Shown: piece after piece, positions 1-13,905 of the stretch
Position numbering within the stretch: the stretch's first letter is position 1
Layout of the letters: each line of letters begins with the position of its first letter
From: Octopus sinensis
Taxonomy: Eukaryota
Assembly: GCF_006345805.1 (NCBI RefSeq)
Contig: NC_043003.1
Location: 310,001 to 374,000, forward strand
Direction: 5' to 3'
Length of the DNA stretch: 64,000 nucleotides
Made by a program: the position numbers and the translations under genes
The notes under the pieces: model-generated
What the model saw: the letters and a program-made list of their open reading frames with translations, nothing else
The model's database searches: none
What the model was told of the DNA's origin: nothing

Positions 1-118
1 TAACTAAATTAGCGTAGAATAATGGCTTCGTATAATTTTATAATTAAGATCTAAACTGTTAATATATGAATGTGAAAGAGATTGTTGAATAACTGGAAAC
101 CTACCTTAGGGCTACCCT

Positions 119-160
<42 letters not shown>

Positions 161-350
161 GTGCAGACGTGGCTGAGGGGTAAGGAGCTTGCTTACCAAC
201 CACACGGTTCCGGGTGTGTATGTCTTTGTGTTTACCTCTTTCACCACTGCTTAAACAACAGTATTGGTTTGTTTACGTCCTTGCAACTTACCGATTGAGG
301 AATTAAGTACAGTGCTCCTGCGTGGCCGCAGTCTATTGACAGAATGAAGC
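161..350 (+). mobile_element. tRNA-derived SINE (family A) decayed copy
   Basis: Head GTGGCTGAGGGGTAAGGAGCTTGCTTACCAACCACACGGTTCCGGG and tail CTGCGTGGCCGCAGTCTATTGAC match better copies at 2717, 43342 and 44995. Confidence 0.6.
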
Positions 351-351
351 A

Positions 352-1655
352 GGTTCTTTTTGGTTATCTCACCCCCATTAAAACAATCGCCATTAAAAAA
401 CTGGGTTATCTCCCCACTAAAAAATCGAGTTAACGTGGCGACGAGAGATTGGATCGAAAGAGTTCGATCCTTTTGATTCAATACTTCAACACATTGGTGA
501 CTCTTTTGGCCTCCTCAATAGGAATGGTAGGATTTGGTATGAAAAATGTCATCAGATTCAATAAGATGTTTAATCTTTTCGCTTTTCATGTTTATTAATC
601 TTTTCAGTTTTGTAGGATTTGGTATGAAAAATGTCATCAGATTCAATGAGATGTTTATCTTTTCGCTTTTCATGTTTATTAATCTTTTCAGTTTTGTAGG
701 ATTTGGTAAAAAAATGTCATCAGATTCAATAAGATGTTTAATCTTTTCGCTTTTCATGTTATTAATCTTTTCAGTTTTGTAGGATTGGTATAAAAAATGT
801 CATCAGATTCAATAAGATGTTTAATCTTTTCGCTTTTCTGTTTATTAATCTTTTCAGTTTTGTAGGATTTGGTATGAAAAATGTCATCAGATTCAATGAG
901 ATGTTTAATCTTTTCGCTTTTCATGTTTATTAATCTTTTCAGTTTTGTAGGATTTGGTATAAAAAATGTCATCAGATTCAATAAGATGTTTAATCTTTTC
1001 GCTTTTCATGTTTATTAATCTTTTCAGTTTTGTAGGATTTGGTATAAAAAATGTCATCAGATTCAATAAGATGTTTAATCTTTTCGCTTTTCATGTTTAT
1101 TAATCTTTTCAGTTTTGTAGGATTTGGTATAAAAAATGTCATCAGATTCAATAAGATGTTTAATCTTTTCGCTTTTCATGTTTATTAATCTTTTCAGTTT
1201 TGTAGATTTGGTATAAAAAATGTCATCAGATTCAATAGATGTTTAATCTTTTCGCTTTTCATGTTATTAATCTTTTCAGTTTTGTAGGATTTGGTATAAA
1301 AAATGTCATCAGATTCAATAAGATGTTTAATCCTTTCGCTTTTCATGTTTATTAATCTTTTCAGTTTTGTAGGATTGGTATAAAAAATGTCATCAGATTC
1401 AATAAGATGTTTAATCTTTTCGCTTTTCATGTTTATTAATCTTTTCAGTTTTGTAGGATTTGGTATAAAAAATGTCATCAGATTCAATAAGATGTTTAAT
1501 CTTTTCAGTTTTGTTTTTCCGGTTTATTGAGGGTTAAACATTTTTTTAAGATGAGATAACCAAAAGTACCGATATTTCTCATAAAACTTGGGGAGATAAC
1601 ACAGTTTTTTAATGGGGGTGAGATAACCGAAAAGTACCAAGAAGCAAAGGGTTAA
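352..1655. mobile_element. TIR-bounded non-autonomous DNA transposon carrying an internal tandem array
   Basis: 352-416 (GGTTCTTTTTGGTTATCTCACCCCCATTAAAA..CTGGGTTATCTCCCCA) is the reverse complement of 1589-1638. The right side ends GGGTTAA (1649-1655), piggyBac-like; the matching left end is not seen. Confidence 0.6.
527..1512. repeat. ~85-bp tandem minisatellite, 11 full copies plus 1 internally deleted copy
   Basis: Unit GTAGGATTTGGTATRAAAAATGTCATCAGATTCAATAAGATGTTTAATCTTTTCGCTTTTCATGTTTATTAATCTTTTCAGTTTT starts at 527, 612, 696 ... 1453, with no spacers. Confidence 0.97.
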
Positions 1656-2142
1656 AAGATACTGAGCTATGTATACATCAACAAATGCACTAGTGAGCAG
1701 ACACGCATGCACGCGCGCGCACACACGCACATATATATATATCCATACACACACATATGCACATGCACGCATGAATCCATACACACGCACACACTCGCAT
1801 ACAAACATGATAAACAGCAAGTCAACCTTTAAGTTTTGAGTGTTCTGTTGAGTCCATTTCAAAGAACAGCAGTGATTTGTTTGCCCCTAACCACCCCGAC
1901 AGCCTAATAGACACACAGTTTTAATCCACTACAACTACCCTCACAACCACCACCAACACCGCCCGCCCGCCCACACCACCACCATCACCAGCTTCTACCA
2001 CCCTGCAGCCACTTCCACCCGGAGTTCACATTCCTTACATACATTGCTGTTGACAATAGACGTGAACAGCTTGACATTTCAATCTCTTGTACCCGGACAA
2101 CTGTGTCATGGCAACGAAGCAGTATTAACAAACACTCGCCCT

Positions 2143-2175
<33 letters not shown>

Positions 2176-2185
2176 TATATATATA

Positions 2186-2573
2186 TCTCTCTCTATATAA
2201 ACGGCAGTTTGTCTGTGCGTGTTTCTGTGTGTCTGTTTTCTCGTACCCTCACCCTGACCACGGCTTTCAACCGATTCTGATGAACTTGACACACACATAG
2301 CCCAATGTCATAATTCAAAACTAACGCAGCGAAAATTTTGAAAGTTCCCCCAGTTCTGAAAAAAATCGATAAATTCGACATGGGGTCGAGAATAAAAAAA
2401 AAACAAACCACAGACTGTCTAGGGGACGCAACTCAACCTTTTATTACTCTCAAAAAAAATTTTACCATCATTTTTTTTCCATTTTTTTTTGCTATTTTTT
2501 GGCTATAACTCTCTAAAAATGCTTTATAGTTATTTCCCTTACAAACCTGAGCAACGCCGGGCGATACTGCTAG
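2186..2573 (+). mobile_element. Non-autonomous Helitron
   Basis: 5' TC(TC)nTATATAAA start. 3' GC hairpin CCTGAGCAACGCCGGG, then CTAG (2570-2573) followed by T. The 3' region matches the reverse complement of 22807-22880. Confidence 0.7.
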
Positions 2574-2607
<34 letters not shown>

Positions 2608-2716
2608 TCCATTCAATCATATTAAATAGTAAATATTGTAGTATTGGTTCAACGCCAGCTTTCTGGACGCTTCTAGTCCGGAACCTCTCATGATCTGCAC
2701 AAATTTATATCAATAT

Positions 2717-3030
2717 AGGTGCAGTGTCGCTGTGTGGTAAGAAGCTTGCTTCCCAACCACATGTTTCCGGGTTCAGTCCCACTGCGTGACATCTTGGGCC
2801 TGTGTCTTCTATAGCCTCGGGCCGACCAAAGCCTTGTGATTTGATTTGGTAGACGGATTTGGTTTACGTCCTCGTGACTTAGAGGTTCGGCGAAAGACCG
2901 ATACAATAAGTACCAGGATTTAAAAACAAGGTGGTGGGTGGGGGGGTCAATTCATTCGATTAAAATTCTTGAAGGTGGTGCCTTAGCATGGCCGCAGTCA
3001 AATGACTGAAACGAGCGAAAAATAAGACAT
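2717..3030 (+). mobile_element. tRNA-derived SINE (family A)
   Basis: GCTGTGTGGTAAGAAGCTTGCTTCCCAACCACATG..CCGGGTTCAGTCCCACTGCG head; repeated in the window. Confidence 0.7.
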
Positions 3031-3517
3031 AAAAGAAAGATAATTAGCACTCACCATCCATTAAGCTAATTAATTAAAAAAATAAAGGAACAAAATTGTA
3101 AATATTCCCAAAATCTGAGAGGTCCTTTCAGCTGTAGTGTGTTTAGATTATGTCCGTATCCTGTCCAAGATTTTTGCTGTCATCTACGTTTAAAACCGGT
3201 TTCGGTCTAATTAAATTAAGCATGCCTGAATCAGTTGCAAAACAATGTGTAATATGTGAAATTTTATGCAAGATTATACAGGTTGCCGCCGCCGGTTGAA
3301 TGAAGTCGTTCGTCTCATATGAGTCAGCCGGAGGCGGATGACATTATTCATTTAGATCAGAATATCTTGATAATGTTTCAATGGTTTTTTTAAACGACGA
3401 AACTCTTTGATTATTTGGTTCATTAAAAATTTATGGCTGTATTCAGATTCAGAAATTTAGACCACAATGAAGCAGAAGTATGACTATGTACATTTATATA
3501 TGTGTGTGTGTGTCTGT

Positions 3518-3570
<53 letters not shown>

Positions 3571-3571
3571 C

Positions 3572-3644
<73 letters not shown>

Positions 3645-3645
<1 letters not shown>

Positions 3646-3680
3646 TAGCTGAAGGTGACCCGCTCTACGCGCGGGTAAGA
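3645..3680 (-). mobile_element. Helitron 3' terminus fragment
   Basis: CTAG at 3645-3648 next to (TA)n, with hairpin ACCCGC..GCGGGT. Confidence 0.45.
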
Positions 3681-3699
3681 GTGTGGTTGTTACTTTCTG

Positions 3700-4025
3700 T
3701 TGCTTCCTTTCAGCACGTAAAAAGCACCATCCGAACGTGGCCGATTGCAGCGCCGCCTTGACTTGCTTCTGTGCCGGTGGCACGTAAAAAGTACCAACCG
3801 ATCGTTGTCGCTGCGAGCCCCCCTGGCACCTGTGCCGGCGGCACGAAAAAAGCATCCACTACACTCACAGAGTGGTTGGCGTTAGGAAGGGCACCCACCT
3901 GTAGAAACACTGCCAGATCAGACTGGAGCCTGGTGCAGCCTCCTGGCTTCCCAGACCCCGGTCACACTGTCCAACCCGTGCTAGCACGGAAAACGGACGT
4001 TAAACGATGATGATGATGATGATGA
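3700..4025 (+). mobile_element. SINE or RTE-type 3' end with (GAT)n tail
   Basis: Ends GCTAGCACGGAAAACGGACGTTAAACGATGATGAT; the same tail recurs at about 5287-5330. Confidence 0.55.
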
Positions 4026-4324
4026 TTCTCCCTCTTTGTTTCTCTCTCCTTTCTCTCTCACTTTCCCACTCTCTTACTTTTCTTTTCTCTCGGACTCTCC
4101 CTCGCTTTCTCTTACTCTCTATCTTTATCTATCTCTCTCCCATTTATAAACAACAGAAGATCTTGAGTAAGTTGAGAAATAAAATATTTAGAAAGATCAA
4201 TCATAAATATCAGGCAGTGGCAACGGAAAGGTCTGATTCAAGGCAGACAGCAAAACACTAACATTTAAAAGGGACAGACGAACTTGCGAGCTGAATAAAA
4301 ATAATAAAATATTGGAAACCAAAG

Positions 4325-4610
4325 TTTGAAGGGATAGAATCTGAGGATAGTAGAGTCACCATGGCTGGCATTTCTTAACGATGGACAGTAACATAGTGGC
4401 AGTTTAACGGCTGGCGTAAAATTTTGAACTTGATGTAAAAGAAAATTCCTAAACACCAAGTTTTGAAGTGATTCTTTCTCACGACAGTAGACTCACCATG
4501 GCAAGCATTCAAAACCTCTTCATCATGGACGGCAACACATTGAAGATTAAAAGGCTGGCGCAAATTTTTTAGCTTGATGTAACAGAGAATTCGGAAACAC
4601 CCGCTCCTTG
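4325..4610. repeat. Diverged tandem duplication, ~137-bp period
   Basis: TTTGAAG..GTAGA(G/C)TCACCATGGC..GGCTGGCG..CTTGATGTAA occurs twice (4325, 4461). Confidence 0.6.
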
Positions 4611-4850
4611 AAATTTTAATCCCCTTCCAGCCCCATTTAGACCTCTTTTCACATTTTGGTTAATATAACCCGATTTCATTCGGGTCTACTGGGGCCACAA
4701 TTTATAAGATGAGGAATTTTGTCCTAGAGGTGACGCCTTTCATTTGAGGAACAAAATAGTTGTGATGCAAACTTGTCAGCACCTTTAACATAGGTGTGCA
4801 TATTTTCAGGTGAATCGACAGACTACGTAATGCACACATATATATATGTG

Positions 4851-4903
<53 letters not shown>

Positions 4904-5775
4904 ACGCATTATATATACAAATGTATACAAATGAGATATATATCTGTATAAATTAAATTAGAGATAAAAACACTAATAGGCAAATCAAACAGAGAAAAAC
5001 CAAAAGCAAAAACATTAAAAAAAAATATAATATATAAAATATATAAAATTGAAAATTGAAAAATTTAAATTATTTAAATTGAAAATAAAAATTATTAAAT
5101 TATATTTATAATTTGTTTAAAAATATATATAACTATGAAAAAGTATGAAAAAGTTTAATATACGTAAATACAGATATATACACTTTGTATATATACATTA
5201 TATATATACATATTTATATATAGAACACACACACACACATACATTATATATACATATTTATATATAGAACACAGACACATACACACAGCGCGGAAAACGG
5301 ACGTTAAACGATGATGATGATGATGATGATTTATATATAGGACACACACACACACACACACACCACACACACATATAAATGAACGCAAGAATATCTGATT
5401 CATAATATTTGTTCTCATGCTCGTGTGTTGTTGGTGACAGACATATACATAAAAGAACGTCGACGTGATGGGAAGGTAGGAAACAGAGTGAGTGAAAAAG
5501 AGTGGAAATAGCGAGATTGATTTTAGGAAGACAGATACTTTAAATAACGGTAGTGGAATTGTCAAAGTTATAAGTGAAGGGGAGTGAGAGGGTAATGGAG
5601 GAAATAGCGTGAGTGAGGAAGATGGCCCCTAGCAACCACACCTTTTAAGATAGGGATTTCTAAGGTAGCCCACGGGCATCGTCACCTCATTCTACATGTC
5701 CCTGTAAATTTTGGAGCGAATCGGACGGGATGTAGTGGCATTGAAAGCGATCCAAGCGGTAAAAACGCATTTCAG

Positions 5776-6242
<467 letters not shown>

Positions 6243-6259
6243 CACACACACACACACAT

Positions 6260-6312
<53 letters not shown>

Positions 6313-6316
6313 TTAT

Positions 6317-6364
<48 letters not shown>

Positions 6365-6454
6365 CATATATATAACATATATATAATATATATATATATA
6401 TGTACATATACACACATATCGCATATATTTATACACACATCATCGTTGCACACA

Positions 6455-6670
6455 TTCAGTCTATTGCAAGACACAAGCTTCCCCATGTTCTCTCCACCAA
6501 TCACGGTCTGATGTTTTCGTCAGCCATGTTTGGCTGCCGAAGAATTTAAGAGTCTCCTCATTTCTGCTTCTGCATGATTTTCTCCTCCCTCTTCTTTCTG
6601 GACCTGCTGTCCACTCTCTCAGTTTGCTATTCCATCTATTGCCCTTTCTTCTAAACACATGTCCAGCGAA
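6455..6670 (-). mobile_element. RTE-clade LINE C-terminal fragment
   Basis: Translation HVFRRKGNRWNSKLREW..DRDWWREHGEACVLQ resembles RTE C-termini. Confidence 0.6.
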
Positions 6671-6827
6671 AGAGGCGGAGATGATTTGAATAAATCATGA
6701 ATTTATGTTGTATGGTATTTGATAAACCTTCATTTGTGTGTCTGTGTACGTGTGTATATGTGTGTGCGTGTGAGTGTGCATATATACATACATCTAACAT
6801 ATATATAGGTATGTATGTTTGTATGTA

Positions 6828-6885
<58 letters not shown>

Positions 6886-7021
6886 CTCTCAGTATCTCAC
6901 TGTCTCTTTCTTTTCATCTATTCTTATAGTCTCCTCTCTGCCCGTTTCTCTTGAAATGCTTCTCTTAATACATCGTTTGCTGCCTTCAGACAAATCCCAA
7001 TATCTCGTTTTCATTCTCTCA

Positions 7022-7076
<55 letters not shown>

Positions 7077-7377
7077 ATATTCCTTGTCATTCTCCTTCAG
7101 TTTTCTCTCCTTAACACTGCCAGTCTCTTCCGTTCTGCCCATTTTTGACACAATACTATACCAACGTGTATCACCACCGCTCTCGCCATTTCGTTGACAC
7201 TCAGCAGTTATGTCTATGTGAGTCACACGGTTAAATTCGAGCAGATCTTATTGCTACAACAGTTTTCAAAGCCATTATTCTGTTTGTATTTTCCGATGTT
7301 TTCTTTTGACAAGTTAGAAGGACATGCTTAAATATTTTGATATATTACTGGGAGAAAGATCGGAATTTTATTTATAA

Positions 7378-8424
7378 CTAGCAGATATACCCGGCGTTGC
7401 CCGGTTACATTCAATTGAAGAATTGAATGTTAGACTTTTCTGTTATATTTTCTGAATGAACTGAAATATCTATGTTTCGAATTTCATCAAAATTGCAGAT
7501 GTGGGTTATTTCCCTCTTTACACACCCTAAAAAATTTGTAATCGTGCCACATGGAAGCCAGAAGACGAATGATCACAATAAGCAGTCAGTTACCCTACCC
7601 TAGTCGTTACCACTCCCAATGTAGGATTCCTCACCATCCAGGTGACAGGCACAGCCGTAAGATGCATTACGAATGTATAGCAATTGGAAGGGCGTGACCC
7701 AACTGAAATCAACATTAACAATTGTGTGACGTGAGGGCTTAGGAGAAATTATAGTGTCACCTCTGGAGTTTGCAAATGACCACTATACTGATACGTAACT
7801 GGACAGAATGAATTTAAAATCTATAAATGTCTTTGAATAACCAGTCACTCATTTGGGAAGGCCTTTTAATCAATGTTACCATCTGATAATAAAAAGACTG
7901 ACAGGAGGTCTGCAATCAAATAACTTTACTCAACACTTTGCAACTGAATCAGTGGAGACAAAGATGCCTCTCATTTACTTAACAATTTATGCGCCACATT
8001 GCAGAAATCACAATGTAAGTGTATGTCAAAGCAAACTGTTCTACTGTTGTACCATTGAATTAGAAATAATGACCAACTTTTATGCTCGGGTAACCCTACA
8101 GCTTCAAAGAGCACAACTGTATTCGTTTTTGCTTAGATAAAATGACAAAATTGTGGGTGTTAAGTCCCCATGGAGGGGTCTTTCTAGCTTTGTAAGAAGA
8201 TGAAATTTTATAAATATTACTTCATTTGTGTCTAATATCTATGGTTAAAATTTCATCAACAGCAAAAATATAAGAATTTTTATGGGGGTTATGGCCCTTA
8301 TGCTTAGAATATAATTTCCGAATTTCATAAAGATCCATTCAGTACTTTTGACCTAGTTTTGGATCATAAAAGAAATGACTAAAATTTGGGAGTTAAGGGT
8401 CCCATTAGGGTGTTATATATAAGA
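7378..8424 (-). mobile_element. Non-autonomous Helitron (~1.05 kb)
   Basis: CTAG (7378-7381) plus hairpin CCCGGCGTTGCCCGG at one end; A^TCTTATATATAA 5' end at 8424. Confidence 0.65.
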
Positions 8425-8689
8425 TGTAGTTTATATTTATATTTGTATTTATTTACATTCACTTATACATGCTGTACTTATTGTATCATATTACACATTG
8501 ATGTACATTGTTTTGCTCTGTACTATTATGTTTGACCTTAATGTTCATATGTAGTGGTTTAATAAATTATGTGATTGGGTATTATCTGGTAGTTGATCAT
8601 TGATTAAGGTGTATTTCTCAATTTTCTTCTTTTGTATATATATATATATATATATACACGCACACACACACACACACACATACACACAC

Positions 8690-8744
<55 letters not shown>

Positions 8745-8982
8745 GATAAATTGATAGATACAACTGAGTGGGCAAACAAAAATCTGAGACACAGCCAAGT
8801 ACTTATTCTATTAGTTTGTTCTTGTGAAACCAGTAAGTTTTGTGGATGTAAATAAATGAACACCAGTTGTGAAGCAGTGATGAGGGCGAAACACAGACAC
8901 AAAGACACACACATACACTTACATATATACATATATATACGATTGATTTGTTTCAGTTCCTGTCTACGAAATCCATATATAT

Positions 8983-11699
8983 GTTGGCATCCTTTTTGTC
9001 TCGGGAGACAATGGAGTTGCGCATAAAATAATCTAGTCCGGCTTTTACATTTCATGTCCTAAAACATCTCCTGATGTGGCTGTGTAGTCCTATCCTGAAC
9101 AAACACTCCCTCTGGCAGGTGCCGCAAATGTAGCGAAGACTTTGCCTGGCTGGTTGTAATGTCATACTTTCTTGTTGACGTCTTTTCTTGTCTTTCCATT
9201 TCTCCTCTCCCTCTATGTCACTCCTTTGTGTTCCCTCTTTTACGGTACGTCGCCAATCTCCACGGTTGCTAGCAACTGCTTCTCAGTTGGTAATATTGAT
9301 GTTGCAGGCATTCATGTCCCTTTTTCAAACATCCTTGTATCGTAAGAACGGTCTTCCCACAGACATAGTTCCCCTAGCAAGCTCTCCGTTGAGTATGTCC
9401 TTGGGGATTCTGCCATCTTCCATACGGCTAACATGTCGAAGCCATCTCATAAGTCTTTGTGTGAGGAGTGTAAACATGCTTGGTATTCTTGCTTACTTGA
9501 AGACATCTTTGTTGGGGACATGATTCTGCCATTTGATGCGAAGGATTTTCCGGAGGTAGCACAGGTGAAAGATATTTAAGCGACGTATGGCGTCGTATGG
9601 CGTGTGTATGACGTCCACGTCTCACTTCCATACAGTAGAGTGCTAATTACACATGCCTGGTAAATCTTCATTTTTGTGGTCTTGGTCAGCTTATTGTTGT
9701 CCCATGCCCGTTTGGAGAGTTGGGCCATCACAGTAGCTGCCTTGCCAATGCGTATATTGAGCTCAGTATCAAGGGATAGGTTGTAGGTGACGGTAGAGCC
9801 AAGATAGGTAAACTTCTCCACCTCCTGTAGTCTGTGGTCTCCAATATGTATGTTTGGGATGGTCGATGTAGCCTGACCCATGATGTTGGTCTTCTTGAGG
9901 CTGATAAATAAGCCAAAGTTGCCAAATGCTTGCTCAAAACAGTTGATGAGCCTTTGTAGGGCTTCTCCTGTGTGTGATACCAGAGCGGCATCATCAGCAA
10001 ATAGCATCTCCTTGATCAGGACGCTTCTGATTTTGGTCTTGGCACGCAGACGCAAGAGATTGAACAGTTTCCATCACTTCTACTGTGCAGAAACACTCCA
10101 TCATCTGATGTCACAAAGGCATGTGACAGCAGCAGCGAGAAGAAGATGCCAAATAATGTAGGAGCAAGGACACAACCTTGCTTTACCCCATTTTTTATTT
10201 GGAAGGCGGCTGATGCTGAACCATTGTGCTGTATGGTGCCTTGCATATCATCATGGAAAGATGTGATGATCCTCAGCAGCGTTGGTGGACATCGGATTTT
10301 TTGGAGCAGGATGAAGAGGCCTTTTCTACTTACCAAGTCAAAGGCCTTTGTCAGATCAATGAAGGCCATATATAATGGCATTTTCTGCTCTCTGGACTTC
10401 TCCTGAAGTTGGCGTATGGAGAATATCATGTCAATAGTTGATCTGCTTCTTCTAAAGACACACTGCGATTCTGGATAAATTCGAGAAGCAAGACGTTGCA
10501 GCCTGGACAGGGTAATGCGAGCAGAGGCCTTTCCAACAGTGCTTAGAAGAGATATTCCACGGTAATTGTTACAATCACCACGTTCACCTTTGTTTTTGTA
10601 AAGCGTAATGATGTTACCATCCTGCATATCCTGAGGGACTGTACCCTCTTCCCAGCACTGACACAGAAGCTCATGAATGTGCCGAAGCAGGATGGTGTTT
10701 TTGCCGGCTTTGATGATCTCTAAGGGGATGCCGTCTTTTCCCGGAGCCTTGTTACTTGCTAGGGAGTCAATAGCCTTGGTGAGCTCTGCTATAGATGGCA
10801 GACTGTCAAGTTCACACATGATTGGCAAGATCTTGACACCCTCGATTGCAGCCTCAGATACTGTGGTCTCCCGTGAGTAGAGATCCTGGTAGTACTCCAC
10901 CCATCTATCCATTTGCTTGCTTTGGTCCTTGATGGGATCCCTAGTAGTTGATTTCAGAGGGGCTGACTGGGTTGCGGATGGACCGAGGGCCTTCTTCAAA
11001 CCGGCATACATCCCACGGGTGTCGCCACTGTCAGCAGCTGACTGGATACTCTGACAGATTTCCTGCCAATACCTATTTGCGCAGCGTCTGGCAGTCAGTT
11101 TGGTTTTATTCTTGCCTTTCTGAGTTCTTCGAGTGACTTTATCGAAGAATCACTCTTGTATTACATCAGAGCTGCACGCTTTGTTTCGATAACTGTTTCC
11201 AGCTTGAGAGCCCAGCACTGAACAAATCTGGATTCGCCTTTCTCTCATGCCGAAAGTATCTATTGATGTGGTATTCAAAGCTTCCTGATATAATTCCACC
11301 TACTTTCAGCAAAGGAGGTGGGCAGCTACTGAGGACAACCTTGATAGAAATAGCAAAACATTTTCGCAGTGTGGGTCTGAGGTTCTGGCAGTGTTAATGC
11401 GTGGTCGGCCCATTTTCTTGGAGTGATGGACTTTTTAGACAGAATCCTCAACCTGCTTCTTATTAGTGAATGATCTGTTCACAATCCACGCTGTGGTAAC
11501 TACGGTCAGTTGAACAGAATTCAGAAAGGGTCTTCGTGTAATGATGAGATCCAGCTGATGCCAATGGTTAGATCTTGGATGACTTCAAGATGCCTTGTGG
11601 GATGTCTTGTTGGCAAAGAATGTGTTGGTGATGCACAGGTTTGGTATGTGCAAAATTCAAGTAGTCTCTGGCCATTGTCATTCATGTTGCCAATACCAA
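8983..11699 (-). mobile_element. RTE-clade LINE, 5'-truncated and frameshifted (APE remnant + RT)
   Basis: RT motifs NYRGISLLS, FIDLTKAFD, GVKQGCVLAPTLF and LFADD (ORFs 10016-11011, 9576-10055). Endonuclease remnant FGIGNMNDNGQRLLEFC. Flanked by ~70-bp direct repeats. Confidence 0.92.
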
Positions 11700-11799
11700 A
11701 ACACATACACTTACATATATACATACATATATATACGATCGATTTGTTTCAGTTCCCTGCGAAATCCATATTTATATATATATATATGATATATATATA

Positions 11800-11839
<40 letters not shown>

Positions 11840-12087
11840 GATATATATATGCATACACACACATACTTACATATATATTTGAAATTTACAAAAGAAACGA
11901 ACAAAAGACGAAGAAGGGTGTGTAAATAGCAAACAGGTTTATTAGTTTAACGCCCCGAAATTTCTATCGTATACCACATTTTATTAATACTTAGCACATA
12001 TACGGAGACAAAAATATTGTACTATATACTGCAGGTTATCTCCATTAAAATTCTCGTATTATATACATTATATATATATAATATACA

Positions 12088-12448
12088 CACTGGCGAAAAT
12101 AAATTTAAGACCGATGATACAATTCTATTTCTTACAAAATATTCTGTTACTAGTCCTTTGCCGATCTTTATATTGACCAGTCTCCGAGTATAACTTCCAC
12201 GCTGCACGCAACCGGTTTTACTGCACTTTAGTTGCTTGCTGATGTTCGAAAAGGAAAACTTTTTGCTGTAATATACGATTTTTGCTCTCGTGACTGGACT
12301 AAGGCTACGTTGTTTTCCCATTATTAATAAATTGTATAATAACATTAAATATAACTTTATGGTGCAATTAGGCTCGTTGTGTGACCATCCATTTTGGCCA
12401 AAAAAATTGCATACATATTACATGGTCTTAAACTAATTTTGCCGGTAA
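12088..12448 (-). mobile_element. Internally deleted Tc1-like element
   Basis: MGKQRSLSPVTRAKIV..ISKQLKCSKT HTH-like start; imperfect TIRs CACTGGCGAAAATAAATTTAAGACC / GGTCTTAAACTAATTTTGCCGGT. Confidence 0.55.
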
Positions 12449-12469
12449 ATTTGAAACGTTTATATTACG

Positions 12470-12630
12470 TTCTGAGTTCAAATTCCGCCGAGGTTGACTT
12501 TGCCTTTCACCTTTCGGGGTCGATAAATTAAGTACCAGTTACGCACTGGGGTCGATGTAATCGACTTAATCCGTTTGTTGTCCTTGTTTGTCCCCTCTAT
12601 GTTTAGCCCCTTGTGGGCAGTAAAGAAATA
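12470..12630 (+). mobile_element. tRNA-derived SINE (family B), 5'-truncated
   Basis: GAGTTCAAATTCCGCCGAGGTTGACTTTGCC..GGGCAGTAAAGAAATA; same family as 52040-52270. Confidence 0.7.
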
Positions 12631-12809
12631 TATTAATTTAGCATTAGAATTCTTCAAGTTGTATAAAAATGTTTGCATCATTCGAAAGAGAAATAATTTT
12701 GCATAAGGTGTAAAAGTTATAATAATTTGTATGGTGTTAGTAACAAAATATTTTGTAAGAAATAGAACTTTTATCGTCGGTCTTAAATATTTTCGCCAAT
12801 GTATATATC

Positions 12810-13900
12810 TCAGGTCATCCCATAAGTTCTGTCCCAATTTTGGATAAAGAACCAAGTGATCAAATGTTATATTTAATTGAAAGTTAATCATCAATGTACT
12901 TTCCCTGATTATCTATGACTTACTTCCATCTATTTACAAACTTTTTAATCCCATCAATGTAAAACTCTTTTGTTTCAAAGCGAGAACTCTGAAATGTCAG
13001 GTTCGACCTCCTCTTGGTTGCGAAAGTTGTGTCCCCTAATAATTCTGTAACTATGAAACAATGGTATCCTGAAGGAGTAAGGTCGGGAGAATAAGTTGGA
13101 TGAAGAAATTTTTCCAAACCAACCTCTTCGATCTTCTGTGATGTGATCTTTGCAGTGTGGAGTTGCACATTGTCCTGATGAAACATCACTCGCTTTCGAC
13201 TCACTAAAGCGGCTCTTTTTTTCCTTCAAAGCTTGGTTCAAACGCTCTAATTGCTGACAGTAGACTTGAGCATTGATTGTTGCATTAGGTGGTAACAGTA
13301 TAAAGTGAATTATGCCTTTGCAGTCGCACCAGATAGAGTAGAACCTTTTTCCCATGAAGTTCCCTTCTCGGTTGTGGTTGAGCATTTTCCCTTTTACCAA
13401 GCCACTGTTTACGACGTTTAACATTTCGATAGAAAATCCATTTTTCGTCACAAGTCTATTGAAAAAGGGTGAAATGAGTTTGCGAGAATGGAGAGAAGAG
13501 CAGATGTCAACTCGGGATTTGCGGTTGCTCTCGGACAATACATGAAGCACCTATTTTCCAAGTTTAGGAATCTTTCCACGTTGTTGAAGATGACGATGAA
13601 CTGTTGTATGGTTTGAAGTAAGCTTTATTGCCAATTCTTCAACTGATAATGACGGATTTTCTTCAAGTAATTCCGCAAGGAGCTTATCATCAAACTCAAC
13701 TGGACATCCCATTCGATATTCATCTTCAATTTTGCAAACGATCTCCTGCAAGTTCTTTCATTCAAGCACTTTCCCATAAACTGAGTGTATGTTTCGAGTC
13801 ACTTCGGCTGCAGAGTTACCTTTATTGTACTCATAAAGAATTATATGTGCCTTAAATGCTCCTTGGATACTTCCATGTTGAAAGGGTTTTAATCAAAGCA
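12810..13900 (-). pseudogene. Mariner (DD34D) transposase pseudogene with one TIR
   Basis: Frameshifted motifs KLGK/WVLHVL (WVPHEL-like), FHQDN and HPTYSPDLTPSGYH (HPPYSPDLAPSDY-like); TIR TCAGGTCATCCCATAAG at 12810. Confidence 0.9.
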
Positions 13901-13905
13901 ATTTT

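Noticed and set aside
527-1512. CRISPR-like array
   Set aside because: Units abut with no unique spacers, there are no cas genes, and the context is eukaryotic
527-1512. Hammerhead or C/D snoRNA in the 85-bp unit (minus strand has CTGATGA, CGAAAA and CTGA)
   Set aside because: Stem III can form, but stem I is 2 bp at most and stem II does not pair; box spacing does not fit a snoRNA well
3190-3240. Minus-strand CTGATTCA..CCGAAACCGGT hammerhead-like string
   Set aside because: The core is not CUGANGA and stem I does not pair
8878-8892. TGATGAGGGCGAAAC motif
   Set aside because: It aligns to a decayed SINE tail, and there is no stem I or III
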